A DNA stretch of 64,000 bases from Candidatus Latescibacterota bacterium. GTDB taxonomy: Bacteria > Latescibacterota > UBA2968 > SICM01. This document shows positions 1-10,385 of the stretch, in pieces. How positions within the stretch are numbered: the stretch's first letter is position 1; each line of letters begins with the position of its first letter. The notes under the pieces are model-generated. The model was not told the origin of the DNA. It was given only the letters and a program-made list of their open reading frames with translations, and did no database searches. The stretch covers positions 5,632,001 through 5,696,000 of the forward strand of contig CBDCJO010000002.1 in NCBI GenBank assembly GCA_965217865.1, written 5' to 3'. The position numbers and the translations under genes are program-made.

Positions 1-299
1 ATCTGACGAAGTCGCATATCGCTCGAAACCAATTCGGTCATCTGCTGCCGAAGCTCGAGGAGCTCATGATCCACTTCTTTCATCTGCGTGGCAAGGGATC
101 GGTTTTCTGCCTCCAGCATCGCGAATTCGGATTCCTGATTTAATCGAATATAATATCCGATGCCAAAGTAGAGCATGGCCGCGAAACAGAGGATCAAGAT
201 CCCACACATTCCCCGAATCGATCTTAAGGAAAGGCCATACTCCTTTACCCGGTTCTCGTCGTGCGGAATTACCATCAAGGTTAGATGCCTCTTTTTCAT
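1..299 (-). CDS. N-terminal part of a probable M23 (MepM/NlpD-like) peptidase, running off the window edge
   Basis: Frame not in the ORF track. ATG at 299 reads MKKRHLTLMVIPHDENRVKEYGLSLRSIRGMCGILILCFAAMLYFGIGYY...LEAENRSLATQMKEVDHELLELRQQM. The T-x-M-x-I-P-H start, one TM helix and a coiled coil are typical of these N-termini. The catalytic domain is outside the window. Confidence 0.7.
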   Translation of the reverse strand, partial: MKKRHLTLMVIPHDENRVKEYGLSLRSIRGMCGILILCFAAMLYFGIGYYIRLNQESEFAMLEAENRSLATQMKEVDHELLELRQQMTELVSSDMRLRQ

Positions 300-408
300 C
301 TTCCATCCTCATATAGGTGGGGACAGGGGCCGGGGGTTGGCCTTTTAACGCGTAATTCGAATCATTCAGGAAAGGGAGAAATATAGGAATGGCGACACAA
401 ACTCCGCC

Positions 409-437
409 AATTTAAGATTTTTCAATAATTTTGTCAA
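409..437 (-). promoter_or_regulatory. sigma70-type promoter for the M23-like gene
   Basis: Minus strand reads TTGACA-17 nt-TAAATT. Confidence 0.6.
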
Positions 438-699
438 CTAAAAATTGATGTAAAATTCAATTTTACAGAGACATATGGGCACTATGGGGGACGTTGTCAG
501 GGAATTATTGCGGGTGGATGGACCTCTTAACCACAACCTGTAGTGCCTTTCACCCTACTCCCATCAAGACTCGGCAATTAGAGTTAATTCAATTTTTTCC
601 GGCGGATCCCTCCCAAATTCACTTCCGATCAACAACTGAATTGATCCCAAGAGTGTCTTGAATGTCCTAAAACCCCTTTGTTTCCCCTTTTATTTCCCC

Positions 700-728
700 T
701 TGACACCCCCAATACCCCCGAGTAAATT
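700..728 (+). promoter_or_regulatory. sigma70-type promoter for the PhyH gene
   Basis: TTGACA-17 nt-TAAATT. Confidence 0.55.
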
Positions 729-766
729 GCCCGACCCCTTTATTTTCGGATCATTCGGGTGGGCCG

Positions 767-1549
767 ATGCGAACGCCTATGGAGAACCTTACTATCGACC
801 AAGCCCTGGTCGAGTTCGGGGTGACGCCGGAAACCCTAACCGCCACACAGCGGGATGAGCTCGATACCCTGGGTTACACCATCTTCCAGAACATGATCGA
901 CACCACATGGTTGGACGAACTGCGAGAGGCCTTCGAGCACATCCACGACGAAGAAGGGGATCTTGCGGGCATCGAGGTCGCCCGGCTTCCCGGCGTTCGC
1001 AGGCTGGCGGATCTGGTCAATAAATCAACGGCCTTCGACGGTGTTTGGCAGAACCCCCAGGTCCTGGCCGCGGCCCGCCACGTGATCGGTCGCCCGTTCA
1101 AGCTGCATTCTCTTAACGGCCACGATCCGCTGCCGGGGAACGGCGCTCAGAACCTCCACACCGACACTAAAGAAACGCGGGAGACCACGACGCAGTGCCA
1201 CGTGGTCAATTCAATGTGGATGCTCGACGACCTGACGCGGGAAAACGGCGCTACCCGTGTCGTGCCCGGAACTCATCGGAATTCGAACCCCCCCGAGGAG
1301 GTTCTCGACGACCCTGGAGCCCCGCACCCCGAAGAAACCTACCTGACTGGAAAGGCGGGTGACGTCGCCGTGTTCAACGCCCATCTCTGGCACGGTTGCT
1401 CCCGGAACCACACCGCGCGCACCCGACGCCTCCTCCACTGTGCGTTCATCGGCCGTGAATTGCAGCAGCAGACCGATCAGCGCCAATACCTGCGCGAACA
1501 AACCGCAAAACGCCTCGCACCCAAAGCGCGGGTTATCCTCGACGTCTAA
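767..1549 (+). CDS. Phytanoyl-CoA dioxygenase (PhyH) family Fe(II)/2-oxoglutarate oxygenase
   Basis: HxD (LHTD), ENGATRVVPGTH and GDVAVFNAHLWHG...R motifs. The start may be ATG 779. Confidence 0.9.
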   Translation: MRTPMENLTIDQALVEFGVTPETLTATQRDELDTLGYTIFQNMIDTTWLDELREAFEHIHDEEGDLAGIEVARLPGVRRLADLVNKSTAFDGVWQNPQVLAAARHVIGRPFKLHSLNGHDPLPGNGAQNLHTDTKETRETTTQCHVVNSMWMLDDLTRENGATRVVPGTHRNSNPPEEVLDDPGAPHPEETYLTGKAGDVAVFNAHLWHGCSRNHTARTRRLLHCAFIGRELQQQTDQRQYLREQTAKRLAPKARVILDV

Positions 1550-1674
1550 GTGATCTTCCAAAAACCGGATGGGTTGTACATTGCGGCCCCCAGGAAATGG
1601 TGTCTGAGAGGAACGACAAGGCACCTCCGATTAAGAATATAAACCGTCGATTCGGGAAGTATCCACGACCAAAC

Positions 1675-3618
1675 ATGGAATTTACGTCTAAAAAAAGGAC
1701 CGAAGCAAACCCTCGACTTTCTTCGGGGTTGACGGGACGGGCGGTCCTTATCGGCCTTGCGATGTGCAGCCTCCTGGTCTATCTGGACATCTCCATCCAG
1801 AGCCTGGGCAGGGCGGGGACATCCAGTCTGACGATAGACGGATTTGGCAACGGCGCGCTGTTCCTGCTGTTCAACCTGATCCTTGCCGTCGGATTGTTGA
1901 AACGTTTGGGAATCATTCGGTCGGGATTAAAACCGAGAGAACTGATGATCATCTTCTCCATGTTGCTCATCTCCTCGGTCATCCCGTCCATAACCTTCGT
2001 ACTGCTCCCGCATCTGGCGGGGTTTTCCACCTTCAGCGCCGACCCGTACCAAACGGGGAAACTCGTGGCCCCACTGCTCCCCGGGGGTCTGACCGTAACA
2101 GACTACGGGGCAGGAAAAGGCTTCTTCCAAGGCCTGGGATCCGCAGAGAGTGTCCCGTATAGGGCCTGGGCCGGACCCCTGGCCGCGTGGGGGGTGCTTT
2201 TCGGGGTACTCTATTTCACGATGATGGCGTTGATGGTGATCGTTCGGAAGCGATGGCTGGAACAGGAGCGGCTCTCGTTTCCGATGGCTCAGTTACCCTT
2301 GTCCCTGATCGAGGGAGAACCCGGGAGACGGCCTCTCCTGCGCAACGGGATATTCTGGTTCGGTTTTTCGCTACCGGCCTCTGTCGGATTGAACCGAATA
2401 CTCTCCTCGCTTCTTCCCTCCATCCCCCCAATCAACCTCTCCACCTACACCCGTTTATACCGCAATTCAGTCACGGTGTCGTTCTCGACAAATTTCCTCG
2501 TCTTGGGTATCAGTTATCTGGTCTCCCTGGAGATCCTGGGGAGCATCCTCCTCTTCAACCTGGTCGCGCACCTGCAACTATTCCTGATCATGTTCACGGG
2601 CAGCCCCATCCTTGACAGTCGGCCACGCCCTCCCCACGCCTATTATGCCCGCCTGCATCAGCAATCGATGGGAGCCCTTCTGGTGATGGTCGGATTCGGG
2701 CTGTTTGAGGCACGGGACCACCTGAGAGATGTGTTGCGAAAGGCCTTCGGATCGGCCGAGGAGGTGGACGACGGGGACGAGATGCTTTCTTACCGCACAG
2801 CGTTTTTCGGAACAATCGCGGGGATGGCCTTCACCTGCTGGTGGCTCGGGATGACAGGGATCTCCTGGTGGGTCGTGCCGATCTTCGTCGTCTTGATGCT
2901 GGTGACTTTCCTGGGCGCCACGCGTGTCCTGGCCGAGGCCGGGGTCGTATTATGGGCACCCATGAGTTCGGTACAGATTCTCCTCAATTCGGTGGGGGCA
3001 CAGTTACTCGGGGGATCCACTTTGGCCGGATTTCTCCTTGCCCATTCCTGGGCTTATCCCACACGGGCGAATATCATGGCCAGCGGATCCACGGCCATGA
3101 GGCTGATTAACCGGCGGGGCCAGCGATCCCGGCCTCTCCTCTATGTGTTCCTTGGGGCTCTTTTGATATCCGGTGCGACCGCTGTGGCCACGATGTTCTA
3201 TTTTTCCTACACCTTCGGAACCTATGGGTTGTACGGCAACACCGGCCATTCTGTGGTGATCAAGAAGCTCCTGAATTTCTACGGGGCGCTCCTCGGTGAT
3301 CCTTCCGAGGGGGAGCCCGTTCGTCTCGTATGGTCGGGGATCGGGGCCGCCGTCATGGGCTTCCTGATCTTTGCCAGGAGATATTTTTTCTGGTGGCCAT
3401 TTTTTCCGGTCGGTTATGTTGTTGGCAACCTGACCCAGACCTGGCCCTGGTGGCTCAACGTCTTCCTGGCGTGGATTGTCAAGCGTAACGTGTTGAGATA
3501 CGGTGGGCCGGCCCTCCACGGAAAGGCGCAAGCTTTCTTTCTGGGATTGATTATGGGAGAGGCGGTGATCAGGAGCGTGGATGATGTCCTGTATTTTCTC
3601 CAGTATCTTTTGAGTTGA
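1675..3618 (+). CDS. Polytopic membrane protein, DUF6785/DUF6784-like (putative transporter)
   Basis: About 650 aa with many TM helices. Family-like segments: VPYRAWAGPLAAW, IVRKRWLEQERLSFPMAQLP, WWPFFPVGY, LRYGG...FFLGLIMGE. The ORF is open from 1597; ATG 1675 was chosen as start. Confidence 0.75.
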   Translation: MEFTSKKRTEANPRLSSGLTGRAVLIGLAMCSLLVYLDISIQSLGRAGTSSLTIDGFGNGALFLLFNLILAVGLLKRLGIIRSGLKPRELMIIFSMLLISSVIPSITFVLLPHLAGFSTFSADPYQTGKLVAPLLPGGLTVTDYGAGKGFFQGLGSAESVPYRAWAGPLAAWGVLFGVLYFTMMALMVIVRKRWLEQERLSFPMAQLPLSLIEGEPGRRPLLRNGIFWFGFSLPASVGLNRILSSLLPSIPPINLSTYTRLYRNSVTVSFSTNFLVLGISYLVSLEILGSILLFNLVAHLQLFLIMFTGSPILDSRPRPPHAYYARLHQQSMGALLVMVGFGLFEARDHLRDVLRKAFGSAEEVDDGDEMLSYRTAFFGTIAGMAFTCWWLGMTGISWWVVPIFVVLMLVTFLGATRVLAEAGVVLWAPMSSVQILLNSVGAQLLGGSTLAGFLLAHSWAYPTRANIMASGSTAMRLINRRGQRSRPLLYVFLGALLISGATAVATMFYFSYTFGTYGLYGNTGHSVVIKKLLNFYGALLGDPSEGEPVRLVWSGIGAAVMGFLIFARRYFFWWPFFPVGYVVGNLTQTWPWWLNVFLAWIVKRNVLRYGGPALHGKAQAFFLGLIMGEAVIRSVDDVLYFLQYLLS

Positions 3619-3696
3619 TGTTAGTCACGGATCCCATCGTGTCGCTCCAACCATTCGGAAACCATAGGTGAGGGTGCTGGATCATTTCGTGATCAC

Positions 3697-3725
3697 AAAA
3701 AAAAAGCCCGGGGCGATCCCCGGGC
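3697..3725 (-). terminator. Intrinsic terminator of the cNMP-binding gene
   Basis: Stem GCCCGGGG/CCCCGGGC followed by a 9-nt U-run on the minus strand. Confidence 0.8.
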
Positions 3726-3762
3726 CAGCTAGGTAAATTATCGTAAGGCGTCCGGGTCAAAT

Positions 3763-4423
3763 TTATGCCTCGGCTTGCTCGGGTTTATCCTCAGCCCCTT
3801 TCCCTTCAGACTCCATACTTTCCATCTTTGGCACAGAACTCACACTTCCCATCTCCGGTACGGAACCCACGCTTTCCTGTTCAGCCTCGCTGCTTTGTTC
3901 TTCCGGGTCAGATCGTTGAGGGGTTTCCGAGGATTCGGCTTGTTTGAGGGAATCGAACTTTCGTTTAAAATCAGCGATCTGTCTGTTGTTTTCGCTGATC
4001 CGGTCCGTGAGCGTCCCGATTAGATTCTTAAAGATGATCAGTCCCGCGTCCGGCCATTTCTTCAGATAAAGATCGAACTTTAATTTCGAGAGCACCAGGG
4101 TGTTCGACTGTTATCGCCACCACCGTGGCCGTGCGTTGAAGCCCCGTGATGATTCCCATCTCACCAACCGTTACAATCGGGTCTATCGTTGCAAGCAGCA
4201 TGCCATCTCGTGTTTGAACGGCGAGTTGTCCAGTGAGGAGGATATACATCTCCGTGCTTTTGGACCCGGACTCACAAACCACCTGCTTAGGGGTGAAGAC
4301 CCTTGGTTCGATGGTTTTCAGGACTTCCATCACGTGAGCTGTCTGAAGCCCTTGGAACATCGGGATCTTTCCGATGATCCTTATAAATTTGTTTGAATGC
4401 GTATGCCTCATACGTGGGCTCAA
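3763..4423 (-). CDS. Cyclic-nucleotide-binding (Crp-like) domain protein with acidic tail, split by a frameshift near 4110
   Basis: IPMFQGL...MYILLTGQL...VGEMGIITGLQRTATVVA continues in another frame as QSNTLVLSKLKFDLYLK. ORFs 4028-4423 and 3763-4095 join into one domain. Confidence 0.8.
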
Positions 4424-4527
4424 TTCCCCGTTGTTAAAACTGAGGTGGGGAAAACTCGTATAACGCCCCTTGATAAGTATCGTCCGTTCTATACGAAACT
4501 GAAATCAGACCGGGGCCGTTCGGAGAT

Positions 4528-5601
4528 CTAACCCAGATCTCCAACCCGGATCTCCTTCCCCGTTCGCGCGGACTCATAGACCGCCAGATTGATCGCGACA
4601 GCGTTCCGAGCGCTCTCGCCCGTTATCTTTGGCGGCCTATCCTCCAGGATAGCGGAAACCATATCTTCCACCTGGATCTTGTGGCCCCGCCAGTTAAGCG
4701 CCATCGGGTCTGCCGAAATTCCTTTAACATTCTCCTTCTTCCCAAACTCTGCGAGAATATCGGCTTCTTCTGCATCCTCCGCCTCTTTGGAGTCCCCCTG
4801 GATCCGCCAGGTTCGAATGTTATCGTCCGTTTTTTCGATCGACCCGGTTTCTCCGTGCACGAACAGCTCCGTGGCCAGGCCCGGATAGGCGCAGGTCATC
4901 GTATTGATCGAACCGATGGCTCCGCTTTCGAACTTCAAAACCGCAGCCAATTTGTCCTCTGTTTCGATCCGGTGGGTGAAAACGGCCATGGTTCCAAAGA
5001 CCGATTCCACAGGCCCCATAAACCACTGGATGAGATCCACCGTATGTACACCTTGGTTCATCAGCGACCCCCCGCCGTCCCACTGCCAAGTCCCCCGCCA
5101 TTTATCCGCCGAATCATCGTAGTAGGATTGCGCACGCCACCATCGAAGGTCTCCGTGGCAGCCGATCATCCGTCCCAGCCGTCCATTGTCGATAGCTTCC
5201 TTGATCTTAAGGTTAACGGGATGAACGCGCGCCTGGAAAATCACCTGGAGCTTTTTTTTCGTTTGATGCGACGCGGCGATCATCGCGTCGATCCTGGAAA
5301 GTTTTATATCGGCTGGTTTCTCCGTGATGACGTGCTTTCCGGCCTCCATTGCAGAGATGGCCATATCCGCGTGCATCCCGCTGTAGGTACAGACGTTTAT
5401 GACCTCAACATCCCTGTCATTCAACATCTCTTCATATCGGGTATATCCTTTGACATGAAACTTTTCTGCGATCGGATTCAGCAGATTTTCATTCACGTCG
5501 CAGACGGCAACCAGCCTTGCACCTTTTGCATCCGAAATATCCGGACAGTGAAGCGCCCCCATTCCAAGACCGACAACCCCAAATCCGACCTCCTTACCCA
5601 T
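4528..5601 (-). CDS. Gfo/Idh/MocA family oxidoreductase
   Basis: GVVGLGMG Rossmann start, AGKHVITEKP and GGGSLMNQGVHTVD motifs. Confidence 0.93.
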   Translation of the reverse strand: MGKEVGFGVVGLGMGALHCPDISDAKGARLVAVCDVNENLLNPIAEKFHVKGYTRYEEMLNDRDVEVINVCTYSGMHADMAISAMEAGKHVITEKPADIKLSRIDAMIAASHQTKKKLQVIFQARVHPVNLKIKEAIDNGRLGRMIGCHGDLRWWRAQSYYDDSADKWRGTWQWDGGGSLMNQGVHTVDLIQWFMGPVESVFGTMAVFTHRIETEDKLAAVLKFESGAIGSINTMTCAYPGLATELFVHGETGSIEKTDDNIRTWRIQGDSKEAEDAEEADILAEFGKKENVKGISADPMALNWRGHKIQVEDMVSAILEDRPPKITGESARNAVAINLAVYESARTGKEIRVGDLG

Positions 5602-5650
5602 ACCCAGCTCCTCCTTTAAAAAGGACCATCGCTATTGAAACCAAGGGGTT

Positions 5651-5679
5651 ATAATAAGGGTTCGCTCTGAGCAAGTCAA
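5651..5679 (-). promoter_or_regulatory. sigma70-type promoter for the Gfo/Idh/MocA gene
   Basis: Minus strand reads TTGACT-17 nt-TATTAT. Confidence 0.6.
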
Positions 5680-5769
5680 GGCTAAAAGAAAATCCGGAGG
5701 TCGGAAACCGGAGTCAGACGGACTTGCGGCTCCGGACTCCGGACCCCGGAAATCTTGAAGACATTTCCC

Positions 5770-5798
5770 TTGCTTTCATACGATCTGGGGCCTAAGTT
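5770..5798 (+). promoter_or_regulatory. sigma70-type promoter for the M16C peptidase gene
   Basis: TTGCTT-17 nt-TAAGTT, followed by an AAGGAG RBS before ATG 5838. Confidence 0.45.
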
Positions 5799-5837
5799 TT
5801 TAGCCCTCAACCAAAGCAAGAATACCAAGGAGCAGGC

Positions 5838-8801
5838 ATGTCACGATACGATATCCCCCCCCCAACCCACAAACCTGGGGATGAAGACCACGGTTTCCGG
5901 GTCGAGGGAGTCAAAGTGCTGACCGACATTCGGGCACTATGTTATGAATGTACCCACCTGAAGACGGGAGCGAAGCTCCTCCATCTCCACTGTAACGACG
6001 AAGAGAACCTATACGGAATCGCCTTCCGGACTCCGCCTTCCGATTCTACTGGGGTGCCGCATATCCTGGAGCATTCGGTCCTGATGGGCTCGACGAAATA
6101 CCCGGTAAAAGACGCCTTCAACGAATTGAGCAAATCCACGCTGAATACCTTCCTAAATGCGATGACTTGGCCGGACAAGACCATTTATCCGATCTGCTCG
6201 GCGGTTCACTTGGATTACTTCAACCTGGCGGATGTGTACACCGATCTGGTCCTGAATCCCCTCATCACGGAGCAGACATTCCGTCAGGAAGGGCACCACA
6301 TCGAACTCGCTGATCCGAACGACCTGAATTCGGATCTGATCATATCAGGGGTGGTCTATAACGAGATGAAGGGGGTCTACTCCTCTCCTGAAAGTATCGT
6401 CTTCAAGGCCATTCAGGAACAACTGTACCCCGACAATACCTATGGGGTAGACTCCGGCGGAGATCCCGAAGTTATCCCTTCATTGACCTATGAACAATTT
6501 TGCGAGTTTCACCGGTCCTATTATTCCCCCGGAAACGCTCACTGGTACCTTTACGGCGATATACCCCTCGAACAACATCTGGCTTTCATAGGGGGAAGGC
6601 TAAAGGGATTTGAGCCGATCAAGATAAACTCCGCCATCCAGGAGCAGCCTCGCTGGAACCGACCAAGGAGATTTGAGGCCACTTATCCGATTGCAACCGA
6701 GGACGATCCCGGGCATAAAACCTTTATCAATGTATCCTGGATGCTCGATTCGATGAAAAAGCCAGAAAACGTAATTCTCTTCGACGTCCTCGAAGAAGCC
6801 CTTGTTGGAAACGCCGCCGGCCCTTTGCGAAAGGCCTTGATCGACTCAGGCCTGGGCCAGGACCTCAGCCCGATCACAGGCCACGACACGGATTTTCTTC
6901 AGCCCCTTTTTTCCGTGGGGTTGCGCGGGAGCGAACCGGATCACAGGGAGAAGGTAGAAAAATTGATCCTGGGAACCCTTGAGGAGATCGCCGACGTTGG
7001 ACTCGATCCCGAACTGCTGAATGCGGCATTTCACCAGATCGAGTTCGCGGGGAAAGAAATCCGGCCCCCTTTTCCCGTGATGCTTCTCGTACGGGCGGCT
7101 GGCCCGGCAAACTACGGGGGGGATCCCAAGTCCTGGCTGGAGTTCGGCCGGTTGATCGAAAATGTCCGGGGCAGCTACAAAGGCAATCCAAATCTTTTTT
7201 CCGGGCTGATACGCAAGTGGCTCATCGAAAATCCTCACCGTTTGCAGAGTGTAGTATCACCCAGCAAGACCCATTCTTCCGAACAGGAAACCGCCTTCAG
7301 GGAGAAAATGGCAAACCGCAGGGCATCGATGAGCGACCGGGATCTGAAACGCGTCCAGGTCGAAGCGGTTGCGCTGAAAAAAGCCCAGGAGACCCCGGAT
7401 CCCCCGGAGAACCTGGCTAAACTCCCAAAGCTGGACCTCGACGAAGTCCCCCGGCGTGTCAGGACCGTTCCCACAAACCGCCGTGAACACCAGGGGGTCT
7501 CCATCCTGGAACACGAAGTCTTTTCGAACGGGGTCGTTTATGTAGACCTAGCTTTCGATATCTCTGACCTCGACGATGAAGAGAGCCTGTATGTTCCCTT
7601 CCTGGGCAAGGCCACTACGGGGCTGGGGGCCTCCGGGTTGGATTACGTTCGTATGGCAACCCGCATCTCCGGCGCCACGGGCGGGATCGGAAGCGAACCT
7701 ATAGCCGGCCGGCATCTCAGGGGCGGTGGTATTTTTCAACTCCTGACCTTCAAGGGGAAGTCGTTGTTCAGGAACCTTGAGGAACTCACGGCTATCCTGC
7801 GAGACCTTTTGACCAGTTCCGATACCACGGACGAAAAACGGATCCGAGATCTCATCCTTGAGGCCCGAAACAACATATTCAGCGCAATCATTCCATGGGG
7901 TCATCTATTCGCTTTCTATCGCGCCGGGGCTTCCCTTAGCCTCTCCCGTTATCGCCTCGAACAGTGGAACGGTTCATCACAAATCCGCTTCCTAACAGAT
8001 CTGGTTCATAAAACAGAGGACGAAATTACCTGGATTGCCGAGAAAGTCGGTGCGCTCCAGAGGCGCCTGTTTAACCAGGGCAGGCTTCTGATCAACGCGA
8101 CGGGGGACCCTGAACTCCTCGAGGGGATCCGCCCCTATCTCGATGAGCTCATCGGGGCCTTCCCTGAGGGAAGCAAAGGCCCGCGAAAAAATGAGGTTCC
8201 CGATGTCCCGAAGTCCGTCGGTGTCTCAATCCCGTCTCAGGTGAATTACGTGGGCAGGGTCCTGTCCGTGGGAGACATCCTATCACCAACCGCTCCTGCG
8301 ATGGAAATGCTCGCCTCCATTCTCAGTTCGGATTTCCTCTATCAGAAGCTTCGGGTTCAGGGGGGTGCTTACGGAGGTTTCAGCTTCTACGGACCCTATG
8401 ACGGTCTGCTCCCGATGTTGAGTTATCGAGATCCCCGTCTGTTTGAGACCCTGTCTGTCTACGATCAAGTCTCGGAATTCATACGATCGGACTCGGTCAC
8501 CGAAGCACTCCTCGAACGGTCAAAACTGGGTGCGATCGGAAGCTTCGACAGGATCCTCTCCCCCGCCCAGCAGGGATCCACGGCCCTTAGCCATCACCTC
8601 CTCGGCGTGGAGGACGACGACCGCAAGGCTTTCCGCGATGGTCTGTTCGATGTCACGGTGGAAAGCATCCGGAACCAGGCCCTCCCGGTTGTCGAAGCTG
8701 CCTTGAAAAGGTCACCGAAGGCCGTTATCGCTTCAAAGGAGGCCATCGAAGGGGCAAACGAAATGCTCGATGAGCCTTTCCTGATTACTTCGCTGGAGTA
8801 G
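5838..8801 (+). CDS. M16C insulinase-family metallopeptidase (PreP/presequence protease-like)
   Basis: Inverted zinc motif HILEH, FLNAMTWPDKT, GVVYNEMKG, RVQGGAYGG, SYRDP; 987 aa. Confidence 0.95.
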   Translation: MSRYDIPPPTHKPGDEDHGFRVEGVKVLTDIRALCYECTHLKTGAKLLHLHCNDEENLYGIAFRTPPSDSTGVPHILEHSVLMGSTKYPVKDAFNELSKSTLNTFLNAMTWPDKTIYPICSAVHLDYFNLADVYTDLVLNPLITEQTFRQEGHHIELADPNDLNSDLIISGVVYNEMKGVYSSPESIVFKAIQEQLYPDNTYGVDSGGDPEVIPSLTYEQFCEFHRSYYSPGNAHWYLYGDIPLEQHLAFIGGRLKGFEPIKINSAIQEQPRWNRPRRFEATYPIATEDDPGHKTFINVSWMLDSMKKPENVILFDVLEEALVGNAAGPLRKALIDSGLGQDLSPITGHDTDFLQPLFSVGLRGSEPDHREKVEKLILGTLEEIADVGLDPELLNAAFHQIEFAGKEIRPPFPVMLLVRAAGPANYGGDPKSWLEFGRLIENVRGSYKGNPNLFSGLIRKWLIENPHRLQSVVSPSKTHSSEQETAFREKMANRRASMSDRDLKRVQVEAVALKKAQETPDPPENLAKLPKLDLDEVPRRVRTVPTNRREHQGVSILEHEVFSNGVVYVDLAFDISDLDDEESLYVPFLGKATTGLGASGLDYVRMATRISGATGGIGSEPIAGRHLRGGGIFQLLTFKGKSLFRNLEELTAILRDLLTSSDTTDEKRIRDLILEARNNIFSAIIPWGHLFAFYRAGASLSLSRYRLEQWNGSSQIRFLTDLVHKTEDEITWIAEKVGALQRRLFNQGRLLINATGDPELLEGIRPYLDELIGAFPEGSKGPRKNEVPDVPKSVGVSIPSQVNYVGRVLSVGDILSPTAPAMEMLASILSSDFLYQKLRVQGGAYGGFSFYGPYDGLLPMLSYRDPRLFETLSVYDQVSEFIRSDSVTEALLERSKLGAIGSFDRILSPAQQGSTALSHHLLGVEDDDRKAFRDGLFDVTVESIRNQALPVVEAALKRSPKAVIASKEAIEGANEMLDEPFLITSLE

Positions 8802-9120
8802 GTAACAGCGCGTTGATCTTTGCGGCCAGGATGAAGTCGTTTTCAGAAAGGCCTTCGATGGCGTGCGTCCAAAGGGTCATTTCAACCCGGTTGTAGTGGA
8901 CACAGAAATCCGGGTGATGGCCTTCGGATTCGGCGATTTCGGCCACTCGATTAATGAACCGCATCGCTCGCTTGAAGTTTTTAAACTTGATAACCCTCTT
9001 AAGCCTGTCCTGTCGAACCTCCCACTTCACGACCTCCTTGCACAGTTCGGAAATCCTTCCGGAATCCAGTTTTGGCACGCCCCTCTCGCAGGGCACGCAG
9101 GTTTTGCTTTTTAAATCCAC
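8785..9120 (-). CDS. phhB: Pterin-4-alpha-carbinolamine dehydratase
   Basis: CVPC N-terminus, AESEGHHPD, WTHAIEGLSENDFILAAKI; AAGGAG RBS before GTG. Confidence 0.93.
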   Translation of the reverse strand: MDLKSKTCVPCERGVPKLDSGRISELCKEVVKWEVRQDRLKRVIKFKNFKRAMRFINRVAEIAESEGHHPDFCVHYNRVEMTLWTHAIEGLSENDFILAAKINALLPTPAK

Positions 9121-9123
9121 CTA

Positions 9124-9259
9124 AATCTCCTTTTGCCCGAGTAGGGTTGAACCACCTTGAGGGCTGCGGTTAAGCCTTTCCCGATCCATGTGGGAAGGAC
9201 CTGACAGGAAATGACAGGTAAGCGGGTACTCCTAAACCTGTGGGGACATCTGCGGGAAT
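9124..9259 (-). ncRNA. Candidate structured RNA (6S-like rod or cis-regulatory leader) upstream of phhB
   Basis: Hand folding gives apical stem AGGUCCUUCCC/GGGAAAGGCUU, flanking pairings UAGG/CCUA and UGUCC/GGGCA and a central unpaired region. GAUGUCC and GGUUCAA recall 6S RNA. Not verified by a covariance model. Confidence 0.3.
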
Positions 9260-9341
9260 GACCCAATTTGCCTTTTGCAAGACTTATTGAATGAGGAAAT
9301 GTCGGATGGCGTAGAGTAATGGGGAAAAACTTTCGAGGGCT

Positions 9342-10385
9342 TCAACGCTCACCATCAGCTCCGGCTTCTCGTAAAAACTTGGCTGCGGCCTCAGGAGGGG
9401 TTGGATTGATGTAGAATCCCGTGCCCCACTCGAAACCCGCAACACGGGTCAACCTGGGGATGATTTCCAGATGCCAGTGAAAATCATAGGCCAGAGTCGC
9501 CCAGTAGCCAACTCGCCGGGGTTCCACCGAAGTGTTGGGCGCGGTGTGGAGGACAAAATTGTAAGGGGGGTCATTCAGGGTCAATTTCAACCGACCGAGG
9601 ACATCTCGAAGCGCGCTGGCAAGACTTTGAATCTGATCCTCTGAAATATGACTAAAATCGTGTGCGTGGTTCCGTGGTGACAGGACGATTTCGAAGGGGA
9701 ACCTTGAGGCATAGGGGGTGATCGCCACAAACTGACCATCATCATAAACGATACGCTCTCCCGAATCTATCTCCTGGCGGATCACGTCGCAGAAGAGGCA
9801 ACGCTCTTTCAGGATGTAGTGTTCCCGTGCCGCATCGAGTTCCTGGGCCACGATCTTTGGCGTGACCGGAGTAGCGATCACCTGGGTATGAGGATGGGAC
9901 AAAGATGCCCCAGCAGTAACTCCGTAATTCTTAAAAATCAAGACATAACGGAACCTCTGGTCCTTCATCAGGTCGATGAGTCTCTGCCGGTAGGCATGGA
10001 TCAGCTTTTCCAGGTGAGTCTGCTCCAGGTCCGAAAAGTTCAGATCATGCTTGGGGGTCTCGATCACCACCTCGTGCGCTCCGATCCCGTTCATACGATC
10101 GAACATACCGACCCCTTCCCGGCCTAGCTCACCTTCGATCCGTAGGGCCGCAAATTTATTGGAGACGACCCGAATGGTCCAACCCGGTCCGTTGGCCAGG
10201 CTGCCCGGGAGCCGGTCTGCAAGTATCTCGGGGGGGGTCTTATCTTCGTTCCCTTCACAGAAGGGGCAGAAACCCACTGGTGCATCCGATTCGCCGTCCT
10301 GGCTGTAATCGGAAGGTCTCCGTGCCCTTTCGGTTGCGATGATTACCCATCGCCTCTGGATCGGATCGTGCCGCAGTTCAGGCAT
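9342..10385 (-). CDS. galT: Galactose-1-phosphate uridylyltransferase (GalT/HIT family)
   Basis: MPELRHDP start, CPFCEGNE, GAHEVVIE, GASLSHPHTQ catalytic HPH and VAGFEWGTG. Confidence 0.93.
   Translation of the reverse strand: MPELRHDPIQRRWVIIATERARRPSDYSQDGESDAPVGFCPFCEGNEDKTPPEILADRLPGSLANGPGWTIRVVSNKFAALRIEGELGREGVGMFDRMNGIGAHEVVIETPKHDLNFSDLEQTHLEKLIHAYRQRLIDLMKDQRFRYVLIFKNYGVTAGASLSHPHTQVIATPVTPKIVAQELDAAREHYILKERCLFCDVIRQEIDSGERIVYDDGQFVAITPYASRFPFEIVLSPRNHAHDFSHISEDQIQSLASALRDVLGRLKLTLNDPPYNFVLHTAPNTSVEPRRVGYWATLAYDFHWHLEIIPRLTRVAGFEWGTGFYINPTPPEAAAKFLREAGADGER

Noticed and set aside
64-312. 82-aa ORF in the track
   Set aside because: An overlapping frame starting at ATG 299 gives a recognisable M23-type N-terminus, so the listed ORF is a shadow.
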